DNA of 64,000 nt from Paraspadella gotoi. Its lineage: Eukaryota > Animalia > Chaetognatha. Below are positions 1 to 13,419 of the stretch, piece by piece. The stretch lies in assembly GCA_051294375.1 (NCBI GenBank), contig CM119270.1, positions 7,640,095 through 7,704,094 on the forward strand, written 5' to 3'. A program made the translations under genes and the position numbers. The notes beneath the pieces are model-generated. The model was not told the DNA's origin and did not search any database. It saw nothing but the letters and a program-made list of their open reading frames with translations. Positions within the stretch are counted from its first letter, which is position 1; each line of letters starts with the position of its first letter.

Positions 1-66
1 GTTGTGACGGACGAAGACCAAAAAAGAAGCGACGTTGATGAAGACCGAACACAGAAAGGATTTTTG
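1..66 (+). CDS. possible 3' end of a coding exon (product unknown)
   Basis: Open frame VVTDEDQKRSDVDEDRTQKGFL followed directly by a canonical donor GTAAG at 67 and a pyrimidine-rich intron-like stretch. Confidence 0.25.
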
Positions 67-429
67 GTAAGGATTCGTTCCACCTTTTTTAACGATTCCT
101 CTTCGGAGTATTGACTTACCAATTTATACTCGCTCACCCGCTGAGTTTTTTTCGCTTATTCGCTCCCTTTCTCACCCACCCGATAATTTTCCTCTTCATT
201 TTTTTTCATTTACCTAAAGACTTCCTTTCCTTACCCACCTGCCAGCCCCTTTTTACTAAATACAAATTCTTTCCCCGACCCACCCGAGTCTGCTGCTTAT
301 CCACTCGCTCTCTTTCACTCACCCAGCCGCTTGTGCCCTCACTCCGAACCTACCCGAAGCAGCTTCGTTCGAAATCAAACGACTTTTTAAACGATTCGTG
401 ACGAGAAGAAACATTCGAGGGGATTCACT

Positions 430-845
430 GTTTGTCGTTGTCGTCGTCGTCGTCGTCTTCTATTTTCTCGTCGTTGTCGTCGTCTTCGTCGTGATCGTTA
501 TCGTTGTCATCTACGTCGTCGTCATCATCGTCGTCGTCGAGCAGGGAAAAAAATTTACCCTAATAAAAATTAAACCTGTGACGTCATTGCAATGACGCAC
601 TTTTTGATTGTCGTTGTTTTAGTTAGTCTCTCTCTCTCTCTCTCTCTCTCTGCTCTCCTCTCTCTCTCTCTCCTCGTCTCCCTCTCTCTCTCTTCTCTTC
701 TCTCTCTCTCTCTTTCTCTCTCTATCATCTCAACACGGAAGAAACGCAGAGCGAGACCTTTGAAGAGGTTTTTCATTGCTCATTATTGTTATTGCTGACG
801 AAGCCGTCGTCATCATGATCGTCGTCGCCGTCGTCGTCGTCGCCT
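430..845. repeat. (GTC)n and (TC)n microsatellites
   Basis: Imperfect GTC/ATC trinucleotide runs at ~430-540 and ~805-845; TC dinucleotide run at ~627-723. Confidence 0.9.
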
Positions 846-1737
846 TAATTGTCGACCGATTTTTCCTATTTTCGCTTTCACCTTTTTATGAAGTCGATGT
901 GAGTTTCTGTTGATGTTGTTGTTGTTTTTGTTTCGTCTCAAAAAGCCGAAACTCATTCGCGGAAAATGTGTTTCGAATTTTCTGACCGCTTTTCAAAATT
1001 TCTCAGAACTTTCCAAATTTCTCTCTCCAAAATTCATTCAAGATTTTCGGAGCAAACGCATAATGGGGCACAGACTTTTTTTTTTGAAAATCGGTTACTG
1101 TGAAGCGGTTATCGTACGACGAAGCTCTTTAGGAAAGTGCGTCCGATTTAGTGAAATAAAATTTCGGATTTAACGAATAAATTTAACTCAATTATTTCGA
1201 GGAAAAAACTAAACATTCCAGAAAACAGTCAACTTTTCCACTGCTTAGTTTTCATCAAAAACCGGTTCATACTTCTAAACTTATAGCACCAACTTGGGTT
1301 CATTATGCTTTAAATAACAATGCGACCTTTAAAAGCAAGTGGCGTTGTAAAAATTAATACAATTTTGCATTCAACGGTTAATTGAAAGTACTAAAAAAGA
1401 AAATCCAAGCGAAACGCAATAAGTAACACGAGCGGCTTATTGATTGCAAGAACAACAACAACAAAATACTTCACTATAAGAATCCCATCACGAATCTTTT
1501 CAAATTTTCGAATCCTCTCATTTCCACTTTATCGCACAGTATTCTCGCGATATCACATCATCGCACAGTATCTTCGCCGCGAAAATCTGAGTCGAGGTCG
1601 ACGCGCGGATGTCGTTTCCGGCGCCGACCAAGGACGACGCGTCTCTCCACCGGAAGTGGGCGTGACTGCCAGCGTCATTCGAGTTTTAAGAGATTTGAAA
1701 AAAAAGAAAAGAAAAGGAAAAAAATAAAGGGAAAGAA

Positions 1738-1769
<32 letters not shown>

Positions 1770-1874
1770 NNNNNNNNNNNNNNNNNNNNNNNNNAGAATG
1801 AAAAAAAAAAACAAATAAAAAAAGAAAGACATGAATAGAAAAAATGAAAGGAATGAAATTATTTTCTTCCTTTA

Positions 1875-2120
1875 TGCATGCGCGACTCTGATGGCGACTG
1901 GAAAGTGTGACCGTGAGTGACAGTGCAACACAATATACTTCCTTCCATCGTGACCGGGTTCACACCAAATCTTTCCTTCTGATGTGATCCGACTGTGACC
2001 GCTTGCGAACATGTTCACTTTTGATGCACATTCGTTACTGACCGTTGCTGCGGACAGAGTGTGACGGGAGGACCTTTGCCTATTGTCGAAAATTTGATTA
2101 CTGGAGTGACCGATATTTTT
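1875..2120 (+). CDS. possible WD40-repeat exon, frameshifted/noisy
   Basis: Pieces read DSDGDWKV* and FTFDAHSLLTVAADRV*REDL, resembling WD40 strands (xxDGxxKVW; F..D...LLTxxxDxxVxxWDL). It needs indel correction, so the call is tentative. Confidence 0.25.
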
Positions 2121-2141
2121 ATTGTCGTTAGAAAAAAAGTA

Positions 2142-3662
2142 CAATTTGATCCATCATTTTAAAGTTTTGAGTTTGTATGAGAAGAGAAACTATTTTAATA
2201 GTTTGTAGAAATATTTTTGGCGCCCTATTTTGACAATATATTCTGAAAGCCAAACTCCGCATCAGAAATGAATACAAATACTATATAAAAGTGATATCAT
2301 TTGGGATTTTTAGTTTTTTTTTAAATTTTGATATTTTGAATGATGATTTCCATTTAGTTTGAGTTTGTATGAAAAAAAGAAACTATTTTAATAGTGTGTA
2401 GAAGATATTTTTGGCGCTTATTTTGACAATATATTCTGAAAAAGACAAAAAACGTCAGCATCAAATGAGTACAACACTATATAAAAGTGAGTACCATTTG
2501 GATTATTAGTTTTTTTAAAGCTTTATATTTTGAATGATGATTTTATAAAAGGTCTGGTAAAGGAGATATCATTAATGCTACCATAATTTCTATTCTGGTA
2601 TACAATTGATTAGGTTAAGTAATTATTGGCCCCCTAACTTCTTAATAATATATCATTTATTATTTATATAATATTTATTTTCTGCTTAAATTTAAAAATA
2701 GATTATGACGGGAATCGAAACGTCAAGCTTTGCATAAAAAAATGAGAACGGTCACCAGGCGTTTGAACCAGCTCCCTTCATGTTTCAATTCAAAAGAAGG
2801 CTTGTACCAAGTTACCAACAAAAGATAGTTTTTATTGGCCCGAGTAAAATGTAACAATTTGATCATCCATTGAAAGTTTTTAGTTGTCGTAGAAAAGAGA
2901 AAACTATTTTAATAGTTTTTTAAGGAATATTTGGCGCCCTATTATTGGACTATATTCTGAAAGACAAACGTCAGTCATCAAAACAAATACAAAACACTAG
3001 ATAAAAGTGGATTTACTATTTGGGTTTTTTAGTTTTTTTAAAAGTTTTATAATTGAATGAAGATTTTATTAAAAAGCGTAAAGGCAGGAATCCTAATACT
3101 ATCATAATTTTTATTTCTGGTATACAATTTATTATGTTTAGTATCTATTGGCACCTACTTCTTAATAATATCAATATTATTATTTTATATTTTTTTTGTT
3201 GAATTTTTTAAAAATACTACCATGGGAATCGAACGTTCCAGCTTTTGGCTATTATAAAAATAAAAACGTTCACAGGGTAGAAAACCAGCAACCTTCATAA
3301 TCAAAGGAAAGCGGCTTTACCAAGTACCAAGATTACAACGTTATTATGAACCTTAATATTTTCAAAATTTATAAACCATAAACCCTTTACTGGAATTACG
3401 CTTGCGGTTTAAAAAACTATTCCAAGAAATTTATAATTCTTTTTTAGTTTTTTAAATTTCTCTTTATTTTAAGTACACAATTTAGTAGGGTTTTAATAAC
3501 TATGGCGACCTACTTTTTAATAATATCCTTAAATGGGTTAAAAAAATACTACCGGCGGGTATCGAAACGGTTAAGCCTTTAAGCATTAAAAAAAAATTAC
3601 AGGTTTTAGAACCAAATTACTTCAGAATTCAAAGGCAAGGCTCTGTTACCAAGTTACCAAAC
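2142..3662. repeat. degenerate tandem duplication of AT-rich 200-700 bp units
   Basis: The unit ...GAAACTATTTTAATAG...TTTGGCGC...TATATTCTGAAA... starts at ~2142, ~2351 and ~2855. Its extension (TACAATT...CTACTT...AATCGAAACG...TACCAAGTTACCAA) occurs at ~2540-2820, ~3060-3330 and ~3470-3662. Confidence 0.8.
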
Positions 3663-3762
3663 ATAAGAAACTAACTTTAAACCTGAGGATATTAGAGTAT
3701 TAAATGGTTTCAGTTAATTTAACTTAAATATAAAAATTTTCAGGGCAATTTTTCAAAATATT

Positions 3763-3999
3763 TAACCCTTAACATGATTTTAACTTATAACTTGATCCAT
3801 AACCCTAAATCCTAAAACCTAATCTCAAATCCTTAACCAAATTCTGACCTTAACCCTAAGCCTTTATCCCTAATGTTATTCTGACCCCTAACCTTAAACC
3901 CTAAGTTCCTAACCTTAAACCCTAACCTTACATAATTCGTAACTGATTACCGATATGATCCCTAACCTCCACAGCTTAAACCCTAACCTCCTACTTAAC
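3763..3999. repeat. degenerate telomere-like (CCCTAA/CCTAA)n array, interstitial
   Basis: Repeated TAACCCT(A)A / AACCCTAA / CCTAACC variants. Confidence 0.7.
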
Positions 4000-4039
4000 T
4001 TTTCAACTAAAAAAATTAAACTATACTTAGCTATAAAAA

Positions 4040-5166
4040 TTGCGCAGAATACATTTGAAAAGGAAGAATTTGCACAGGAATGAATTGCACAGGAATGAAT
4101 TAGCATAGGAATAAATTTGCCACAGGATGGAATTTTCACCGGGAATGAATTTGCACAGGAATAAATTTTCACAGGATTTAATTTGCACAGGAATAAATTT
4201 CACAGGATTGAAATTTGCACAAGAAGGAATTTGCACAACAGAAATGAATTTGAACCAGATGAATTTGCCACAGGAATAAATTTGCACAGGATTGAATTGC
4301 ACAGGAATGAATGTGCAGAGGAAAAAAATTTGCACAAGGAATAAATTTAACAGGAATGAATTTGCACAGAATTAAATTGGCAAATGATCCGTGCAAAATT
4401 ATTCCTGGTGCAAATTCATTCCTATGCAAAATTCATTCCTGGCAATTGTAATTCCTGGTGTAAATTATTAACCTGTGCAAATCATTCCTATGCAATTCAT
4501 TCCTGCTGCAAATTTCCATTCCTCTACAAATTCATTCTCGCTGCAAATCAATCCTTGTTGAAAATTTATTCCTGGTGTAAATTACATTCTTGTGCCAAAT
4601 GGCATCCTTGGCAAATTCAAATTCCTGTGCAAAATCATTCTGTTGTAAGTTATCCCCTTTGCTAAAAGTTTCCAGAGCAAAAAATATTCCTGGCAAAAGG
4701 CATTCTTGTTCAAATTTATCCTGCTACAAAAACATTTCTGTGCAAATTGCATTACTGTGCAAATTCAATCCCTGTGCAAATTATTTCTGGTTACAAATGT
4801 ATTCCTGTGCAAATTTTAATTTCTGTACAAATATTTCTTTTGACAAAGTTTCTTATGCAAACTAATAGTCCTGTGCAAATTCATTCCTGTCAAATTTATT
4901 CCCTTGCTAATGCAATTCCAGGCTGCAAATTTGTTCCTGTTCAAATTCATGGCCTGTGCAAATTCTTTCCTTTACAAATGTAGTCCTGTGCAAATTATTC
5001 CTGTGCAAATTGTTCCTGCTCAATTCAATCCTGTGCAAAATGTTGTTCCTTTCAAAAGTATTCCCGTGCAAAATTGTATTCGCTGTGCAAAATTCATTCC
5101 TGTGCAAATTTATTCCTGATGCAAATTCATTCTTTTGCAAAATTCATTCCTCTACCAAATTCATTC
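4040..5166. repeat. TTTGCACAGGAA minisatellite, forward block (4040-4385) abutting an inverted block (4388-5166)
   Basis: Dozens of 11-13 bp units (GAATTTGCACAG / ATTCCTGTGCAA). Orientation flips at ~4387. This array is the source of the Cys-rich pseudo-ORFs. Confidence 0.9.
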
Positions 5167-5354
5167 TAAGGACGTAACTATAGGTAATAATTTTGTCTGA
5201 TTTAACTGAGCATTCCTCAGTGAGCAGAAGTGTTACTGATATTGCCTATGGTAAAGAAATGATTTTTTTTTAATAAGATAGGCAATTTCTGAATCAACAA
5301 TATTTTGCTTATATTTTATTTTAAAGATAAATAAACAACAATAATTTTCTTTAT

Positions 5355-5830
5355 GTTTTAATTTCTTTGCTTAAACTATATTTCAATTTGTATTACTAAT
5401 ATTAAGCCCAAAAATACTTTCCCAGTCATGGCATGAAATAATGAGTATCAGCATTAAGATGTAAACTACATTGGCTACTACCAGACCCAGAAGCAATAAA
5501 ATTATTAAAGAAGATTAATTCATTGATGAAATAAAAAAAAATAACAGATAATAAAGAAAATTAGTAATAACAATAAGGATGCATACATTTTTAAAGAGAT
5601 TTTCAATGTAAACGATTCATTTGTATCCTGATAGATTGACAAGATTAAAACCTCGATCAAGATGAGTGAAAAATGTACACAAGACTCAAAGGTCGCCCAA
5701 AAAAATGTTTGTATCTATTAGAATGTCAAAAGCTAATTAGAATTCTTTACCAAGAATATGATATGGATTACTCAATTTACCTCCCTAGCTGATATATTAA
5801 AAAATTTCGAGCTCGATATGGAAAGTAAAT
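5355..5830 (+). pseudogene. possible decayed MULE (Mutator-like) transposase C-terminal fragment
   Basis: Reads FLCLNYISICITNIKPKNTFPVMA*N then, in a shifted frame, PRSNK...KGRPKK...KLIRILYQEYD. This resembles the MULE pattern F..Y...WI....FP..WN...PRTNN. It lies between oppositely oriented minisatellite arrays. Confidence 0.3.
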
Positions 5831-6664
5831 ATCCTTATGATATGATTTTCAAATAAAAAAAAATCTAAAAAAATTATCCTTCTATTTTTTATCATTAACA
5901 AAGATTTTGGACTCAAAGTAAAAATGACATTATTGACATACATGAAAAATGTTTATGCTTGAATTTAAAAAAACAAACATATATAATAGACTCCAAAACC
6001 CCTATCACCAAACACCAAATACCAAACACCCAAAACCATATTTGAGCTATTAATTTTTTTTTTATAAAAATTTGTTTATCTTCATTTAAAATATTTGGGC
6101 TAAAAATAATTGACATTGCAAATGTAGGCAAATTAAAGTTTATATTTGCATTAAATATTTTATTTAAAAATTAATACCAAAAAATATCATATTTTGTTAT
6201 TTTTAATTTTTATATGAAATTTGTCAAAATTACTCGTTTCACTTATCTTATATTTTTATATTAATGAATGTTTTACTATTTTAAAACTATATATAATATT
6301 ATATATATTACTTTTTAAGAACATTATTGGCTTATGTATATCTAATAACCATTTTGGGAGGGGGAGGTCTGTGTTGTTCTTCTGAAAATTAGAGGGAGCA
6401 TCTATAAACACAAGTAGACTACAATAGAAGTCAATTAGACTACAATATTATTAATATCATTTGGCTTCAAATTATTAAAGATAACCTTTTCCCTTTAAAT
6501 CTAGCCAAATTAATCATTAAGTTTATCAAGTTATATCTAGTTTAAAAGATCCTTCCTCAATAAAAAATTGCCTACTTTGATTCAGTTTAACTGACTAGGT
6601 AAACCAAAGAATTGTCTTATTACCTATTTAAGAAAAAAATCTTTGCCTAATTCACCCCTTATTG

Positions 6665-9600
6665 CATTCCTGTGCCAAATTCATTCCAGCTGCAAATTCA
6701 TTCATTGTGCAAAATCATTCCTCTGCAAAATCATCTTGCACAGAATGAATTAGCACAGGAGATAATTTTACAGTAATAAATTTGCACGGAATACATTTTG
6801 AAAAAAATAATTTGGACAGAATTAATTGCGGTAACAGGAATAACATTTGTAAGAAGAATTGCACAGGATTGAATTTGCACAGGTAATTAAATATTGCACA
6901 GGAATGAATTGTACAGAAAAATAAATTGCACAGGAAAAATTTGCACAGAATGAATTTGACACAGCGAATAAATTTGCATAGGAATGAATTCATAGGAATA
7001 AAATTTTGCCTACAAAAGAAATGAATATTGCTCAGGAATGAATTTGTACAGGAAATGCATTTCATAAAAATGTTTTTGCACAGGGACACATTGACAGGAA
7101 CACATTTGCACAGAATACATTTTGCAAGAATGCATGTGACCGAAATTTTTAAACCCATGTGCACAGGAATACATTTGCCTCAGGAATAACATTTTGCACA
7201 GGAACAAATTTGCACTGGAAAAGCATTTGCACAGGAAACACATTTGCCACAAGAACACAAATTTACACAGGAATACATTTGTACAGTATACATTTGCACA
7301 GAAACATTTGGAAAAGGGCATAACTTTGCAACTGAATGAATTTGCCACAGGAAAAATTGCACAGGAATACATTTCACAGGAATATATTTTGCACAGAATA
7401 GCATTGCACAGAATTATTTGCACAGTAACACATTTGCACAGGAACAAATTTGCCACAGAAGTGCCATTTGACAGAACACATTTGCCACAGGAAACATTTG
7501 TACAGAAATACATTTGCCACAGAAAACATTTGAAAAGGGATAACTTTGCCAACTGAATGAATTTGCACAGGAAAATTTTGCACAGAATACATTGTGCACA
7601 GGAATTATATTTGCACAGGAATTACATTTGCACAGGAATGTATTGCACAGTAACACATTGCACAGGAACAAATTTGCACAGGAATGCAATTTTGCACAGG
7701 AACACATTCACAAGAACAAATTACACAGGAATACCATTGTACAGAATACATTTTGCACAGAAAAACATTTGAAAAATGGAAACTTTGCAAACTGAAATGA
7801 ATGCAAAGGGAAAATACATTGGCACAGGAATGTATTTGCTCAGTAACACATTTGCACCCAGGAACAAATTTGTACAGGAATGCATATGTACAGGATGTAG
7901 CGATAATATAAGCTCAACCCTGAAATTTCAGGATCCTTGTGTGCAAGGATGCGTAAATGCTCGCGCGTATCGAATTCCACGAGGTAATACATTGAACTCT
8001 ATAACTTACAAAGCGGATATCTTTGCTACGAATGAATTTGCCACAGAAATAAATGAACAAGAAATCATTTCCACATGGAAACATTTCACAGGGAAGTCAT
8101 TTGCCACAGGAATGCATATGCACAAAATGCTTTGTACAGAAATGAATTTTCACAAGAATGAATTTGTGTAGGAATACAGTTTTTATAAGAAATAATTTCA
8201 CAGGAATTAATGTGTACAGAATACATTCTGTATGGAAGAATTGCACAGGATTGAATTTGCCACAGGAATGAATTTTGCACAGGAATGAATTTACAGAAAT
8301 GAATTGCCACAGGAATGAATTGTACAGAATGAATTTGCACAGGATTAATTTGCACAGGATGAATTTGCACAAAAAGGAATGTGCACAGAAATGATTTGAA
8401 CCAGATGAATTTGCACAGAATAAATTTGCACAGGATTGAATTTTGAACAAGAGATAGAATTTGCAGAGAAATAAATTTGCCACTAGGAATAAATTTAACA
8501 GAAATGAATTTGCACAGGAATAAATTTTACAGAATTTATTCCTGCTGTGCAAATTTATTCCTGTGCAAATTTCAGGTTCCTATGCAAAATTCATTCCTTG
8601 TGCAATTGTATTCCTGCTGCAAATTTATTCCTGTTGCAAAGTTCATTTTCCTATCAAAAATTCAAATTCCTGTGCAAATCATTCCTTACAAATTCATTCC
8701 TGTGCAAATTCAATCCTGTGATAATTTAGTTCTTGTGGCAAATACATTCTTGTGCAAAATTCATTCCTGCGCGAAATCAATTCTGTGCAAAAATTCATTC
8801 TTGTTGCAAAGTATCCCTTTGCCTAAAAGTTCCAGAGCAAAAAGTATTCCTGGCAAAGGCATTCTTGTTTCAAATTTATTCCTGTTACAAAACATTCTGT
8901 GCAAATTCATTAGCTGTGCAAAATTCAATCCTGTAGCAAAATTATTTCTGTTACAAAATCGGTATTCCTGTGCCAAATAATTCTGTACAAATATTCTTAC
9001 AAATGGTATTTCTTATGCAAACTAATTCCTTTCCTCAAATTAAAAATTGCCTACTTTATTTCAGTTAACTACTAGGTAAACAAAAATTGTCTATTACCTA
9101 TTTAAGAAAAAATCTTTGTCCTAAGTTCACCCCTTAATTCGATTCCTGTAGCCTCATTCCAGTGCAAATTCATTCGTGTGCAAAATCATTCCTTGCAAAA
9201 TCATATCTTGCACAGAAATGAATTAGCACAGAAGAATTTTTAGAGTAATAAATTTGCACAGAATACCATGTTTGAAGAAAAAATTTGGAGCAGGAATTAA
9301 TTGGTACAGGAATACATTTTAATGAAGAATTTGCACAGGATTGAATTGCACAGGATAAATTTGCACAGGAATAATTTGTACAGAAATAAATTTGCCACAG
9401 GAAAAATTTGCACAGGAATGAATTTGCAACAGGAATAAAATTGCATAGCGAATGAAATGGCATAGAATAAATTTGTAACAAGAATGGAATTTGCTCAGAA
9501 TGAATTTGTACAGGAATGCCATTTTCATAAAAATGTTTGCCACCAGGACACATTTGAACAGGAACACATTGTGCACAGGAATACATTGCCACAGGATTCA

Positions 9601-10230
9601 TTGTTTACCGAAATGACATTTGCCACGAGGAATACATTTGCTCAGGAAACATTTGCACAGGAACAAATTTGCACTGGAATGCATTTGCCACAGGAACACA
9701 ATTTGAACAAGAACAAATACACAGGAATACATTTGTTACAGTAATACATTTGCACGAAAACAATTTGGAAAAAAGTGGATAACTTTGCAAACTAATTGAA
9801 TTTTCACAGGAAAAATTTGCACAGGAATACATTTGCACGAGGAATAATTTGCACAGGAATACATTTGCCTATGAAGTATTTGCACAGAACACATTTGCAC
9901 AGAACAAAATTTGCACAGGAATGCCATTGCACAGGAACACATTTGCACAGGAATACATTTGTACAGTAATACATTTGCACAGGAAAACATTTGGAAAAGG
10001 GATAACTTTGCAACTAAGAATTTGCACAGGAAAAATGGCACAGGAATACATTTGCACAGTAATATATTTGCACAGGAATACATTTGCACAGGAATGTATT
10101 TGCACAGTAACACATTTCACAGGAACAAATTTGCACAGGCAATGCATTTGCACAGGAAACACATTTGCACAAGAACAAATACACAGGAAGCTACAATTTG
10201 TACAGAATACATTTGCACAGAAAACATTTG
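6665..10230. repeat. TTTGCACAGGAA minisatellite arrays with several orientation switches
   Basis: Reverse at ~6665-6732, forward at ~6737-7895 and ~8030-8533, reverse at ~8535-9027 and ~9140-9205, forward at ~9208-10230. Confidence 0.9.
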
Positions 10231-10806
10231 AAATCTCTCTGAAAGAAAGAAAGAAAGAAAGAAAGAAAAGAAAAGAAAGTCAGCAATCAAGCAAGTAAGC
10301 AAACAGGCAAGCAAGCAAAGCAAGCGCAATGGCGCCATCGCTTCTCGATAAAACGCGGAAGAGAAAATATCGAGATTTTGATCAAAAAATTATTCGAGAA
10401 ATAATTTAGGGAAATTTGAATCCGCGTCGAGAATAAGAAGCATCGGAAATTCGCCAGGAAATAATTTCGTGTCGTTTTCCAATATTTTTCCTTTCACTTC
10501 ATTCCGTTTCATTTCACTTCATTTCGATTCATTTTGTTTCATTTCTATATTCATTTTCATTCAGTGACATTCATTTCATTTTTTTATATGTTTCAAATTT
10601 TATTAAATTTGATTTATTCACTGACTCACGGTTTTTGTGAAATTCATTACTGCATTATTCCCTTCTTGAATTTCTTTTTAGTTTTATTTCACATTTTATC
10701 AATTGTTAATTGTAATCTCTTAGACTTTCTTCGTTTTTTCTCGCTAATACAGAATAATGAGGAAAGAACTTTCATAGAACCGGGAAAGAAGGAAACGGTG
10801 TTTTCG

Positions 10807-10839
<33 letters not shown>

Positions 10840-12109
10840 NNNNNNNNNNNNNNNNNNNNNNNNNNNNNNNNNNNNNNNNNNNNNNNNNNNNNNNNNNNNN
10901 NNNNNNNNNNNNNNNNNNNNNNNNNNNNNNNNNNNNNNNNNNNNNNNNNNNNNNNNNNNNNNNNNNNNNNNNNNNNNNNNNNNNNNNNNNNNNNNNNNNN
11001 NNNNNNNNNNNNNNNNNNNNNNNNNNNNNNNNNNNNNNNNNNNNNNNCAATAATTTATACATCCGGTTTGTAGCATTAAATCTGGTTGTATATATATTTC
11101 TCTTCCCTCGGATTTAAAACAAATATTTTCATTTTTTAATATCATAGTCTTATTGTTGCGTCATGTTCATTTTAGTTCTCATCTTTCTCTAAATATAATT
11201 TATAATTTAATTCATCATTGATGAATTAAACTGCATCATCATCTTCTTCACGATAATTTTGTCATCATTATCGATAATAGCATCATCATCGTCATCATCA
11301 TCGTCGTGATCATCATCTTCATCACGTCTCACTCTCCGCGTTCGTCCGCGTTTGTGATTCTTACGCTTGGAAGAACCAAAGGCGTTTAGCGGAAAAGNNN
11401 NNNNNNNNNNNNNNNNNNNNNNNNNNNNNNNNNNNNNNNNNNNNNNNNNNNNNNNNNNNNNNNNNNNNNNNNNNNNNNNNNNNNNNNNNNNNNNNNNNNN
11501 NNNNNNNNNNNNNNNNNNNNNNNNNNNNNNNNNNNNNNNNNNNNNNNNNNNNNNNNNNNNNNNNNNNNNNNNNNNNNNNNNNNNNNNNNNNNNNNNNNNN
11601 NNNNNNNNNNNNNNNNNNNNNNNNNNNNNNNNNGTGAGAGACGTGCCAACCCAATTACGTCGACCGCGCTCTTCCTCCTTAGCGACGACTGGCCCAGTCG
11701 CCTGTTTATTTCTTTTTATGTTAATGGAGGAGAAAAGAGCAAGAGGGAGATAGAGACGAAAGAGAGATGGACATGAAGGTAAACTTAAGATTGAAGACTC
11801 ACGCGAGAAGTTTGAAAGGGAATAAAGAATGTGAGATTTAAGCTTAGAAAGATTTTAAAAAAAAATTTACAAATCTATAATCATGAAATGAATATACCAA
11901 GAATCAACAGTTTACTGGAGTAACATATTTGTTCAGATTTATGGATAATAAGAGAAAACAATGTAAATAAATGATCGCTACTAATTGTTTGCTTCGAATG
12001 CGTCAATGACTNNNNNNNNNNNNNNNNNNNNNNNNNCTTTCCAGAGAGAGAGTCGGATTTTAATTTGCCCGTCACTACTTATATATAGGTAGCTTAAGTA
12101 AGCTCTTAA

Positions 12110-12850
12110 GGGAAAACAGAAGATGCCTCGGTCTCCCCAGTCTCTGACAACGTCACGAAAAGAAAGTTGGAGCGCGGAAATGGTGACGACGAATTTTAGC
12201 TCGATGAAATCTTTAACGATCTTAACAACTTCCGCACAGAGCGAACAGCACCAAAAACTCGACGAGCCGTCATGGACTACGAAGAAATTGGTGCGAGGGA
12301 GACTTTTCAAGGGGAAGGGCGTCTCCGGTCGCCGGATTCGCAACCGACCCCACGCCAAACTGATGCTCGCATCATATTGCCTGAACCAGACCTCTGGTCA
12401 CAACCTCGACGCCGACCCTTCAAAACAGAAAGCCAGATAGCTGCAGGGATCGCGGCAAATCCTGAGTATTCGTTACGAATTTGAAGGCCAGGATCGAACC
12501 CGGGCGAAACCCAAGGTCGGACAAACGCCGAAACTCTTTCGAAACGTCGGGATTTTCGGTCGAACTCTCTGCTTGCGACGAGGGAACACAGACGAAACGG
12601 ATCAACATAGAAGCGTCTCCAAGCCTCCGGCCGGTGTCATGGATGCCGGTGAAAGATACGTTTTCCGTCGCGAGATGGTGGGGTCATTGAATGATGCAAA
12701 ATAGTCGTGAGCGGTTTTCTTGGTCGTCAGCTCTCATTCATCGGACAAGCCCGACGCGACGTCTCCGTGGTACGCCCCTACGCGCGGCGTCCGTATGAAC
12801 GAACGAAGAATCGAGAGAAATTCGACTTTCGGCGAAATTTGGAACAAGTG
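12110..12850 (+). CDS. GC-rich, probably coding exon with indels (product unknown; may belong to the downstream coiled-coil gene)
   Basis: GC-rich island in AT-rich flanks. Overlapping short + frames (e.g. LDEIFNDLNNFRTERTAPKTRRAVMDYEE; FSVELSACDEGTQTKR) suggest one frame broken by indels. Confidence 0.3.
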
Positions 12851-13419
12851 ATAACTGAGATGAAGATGAATGGTTTCTTTAAGTCAAATTCATTCATTTA
12901 ATGGATTTAACTGGTATGAACTATCAAAAGTTTTCTAACTAAATACAAATTGAGCCATTAATTTTTATTCGTACAAAATATTCAATAAATACATTCTCTA
13001 AAACGTTATCAAAATTCAAACAGTATTTTTTAATTTAAGTTTGCATAGATTGTCAATTTTATACTATCTGACCAGAAATATTCAGAAAGTTTTCAAATCT
13101 TTGTATAAGTGATACAAAAGAAAATGTTAAATATATCTGGTTAAATTTAAATCGATTTTTTCTTTTATTTAAAATTTAATTTCACTGCAGAAAATTTCTA
13201 CAAATCGTTTCCCTTAACAAAAACGAGAGGAGGAAGGTTTTTTTACGGTCTTTTGCAACAACTTTAATAGTTACAATTAAATTGCCGAGCGGTAAATGAA
13301 ATCCGGTGAAATATGGAAAAGTTTCGTCTTTTTTAAATCAAATTTGCCTTGTACTATTCTTATTTCCACGAGCTACGTTTCTTTAACACTCCCTTCTATG
13401 GTCTAGAATTTTTACTTCA

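Noticed and set aside
1590-1680. CpG-rich patch with CCGGAAGT and GGGCGTG motifs as a promoter
   Set aside because: Short motifs in a genome that is not CpG-depleted; no linked first exon can be shown.
3915-10338. Dozens of Cys-rich ORFs (CANSFLCK..., LHRN...) on both strands
   Set aside because: They are translations of a 12-bp stop-poor minisatellite in all frames, with no splice or start context.
10534-11753. ORFs running through N gaps or (AG)n/(TC)n tracts (also 23369-23775, 36280-36996, 40990-41412, 63689-63992)
   Set aside because: Artefacts of unknown bases and simple repeats.
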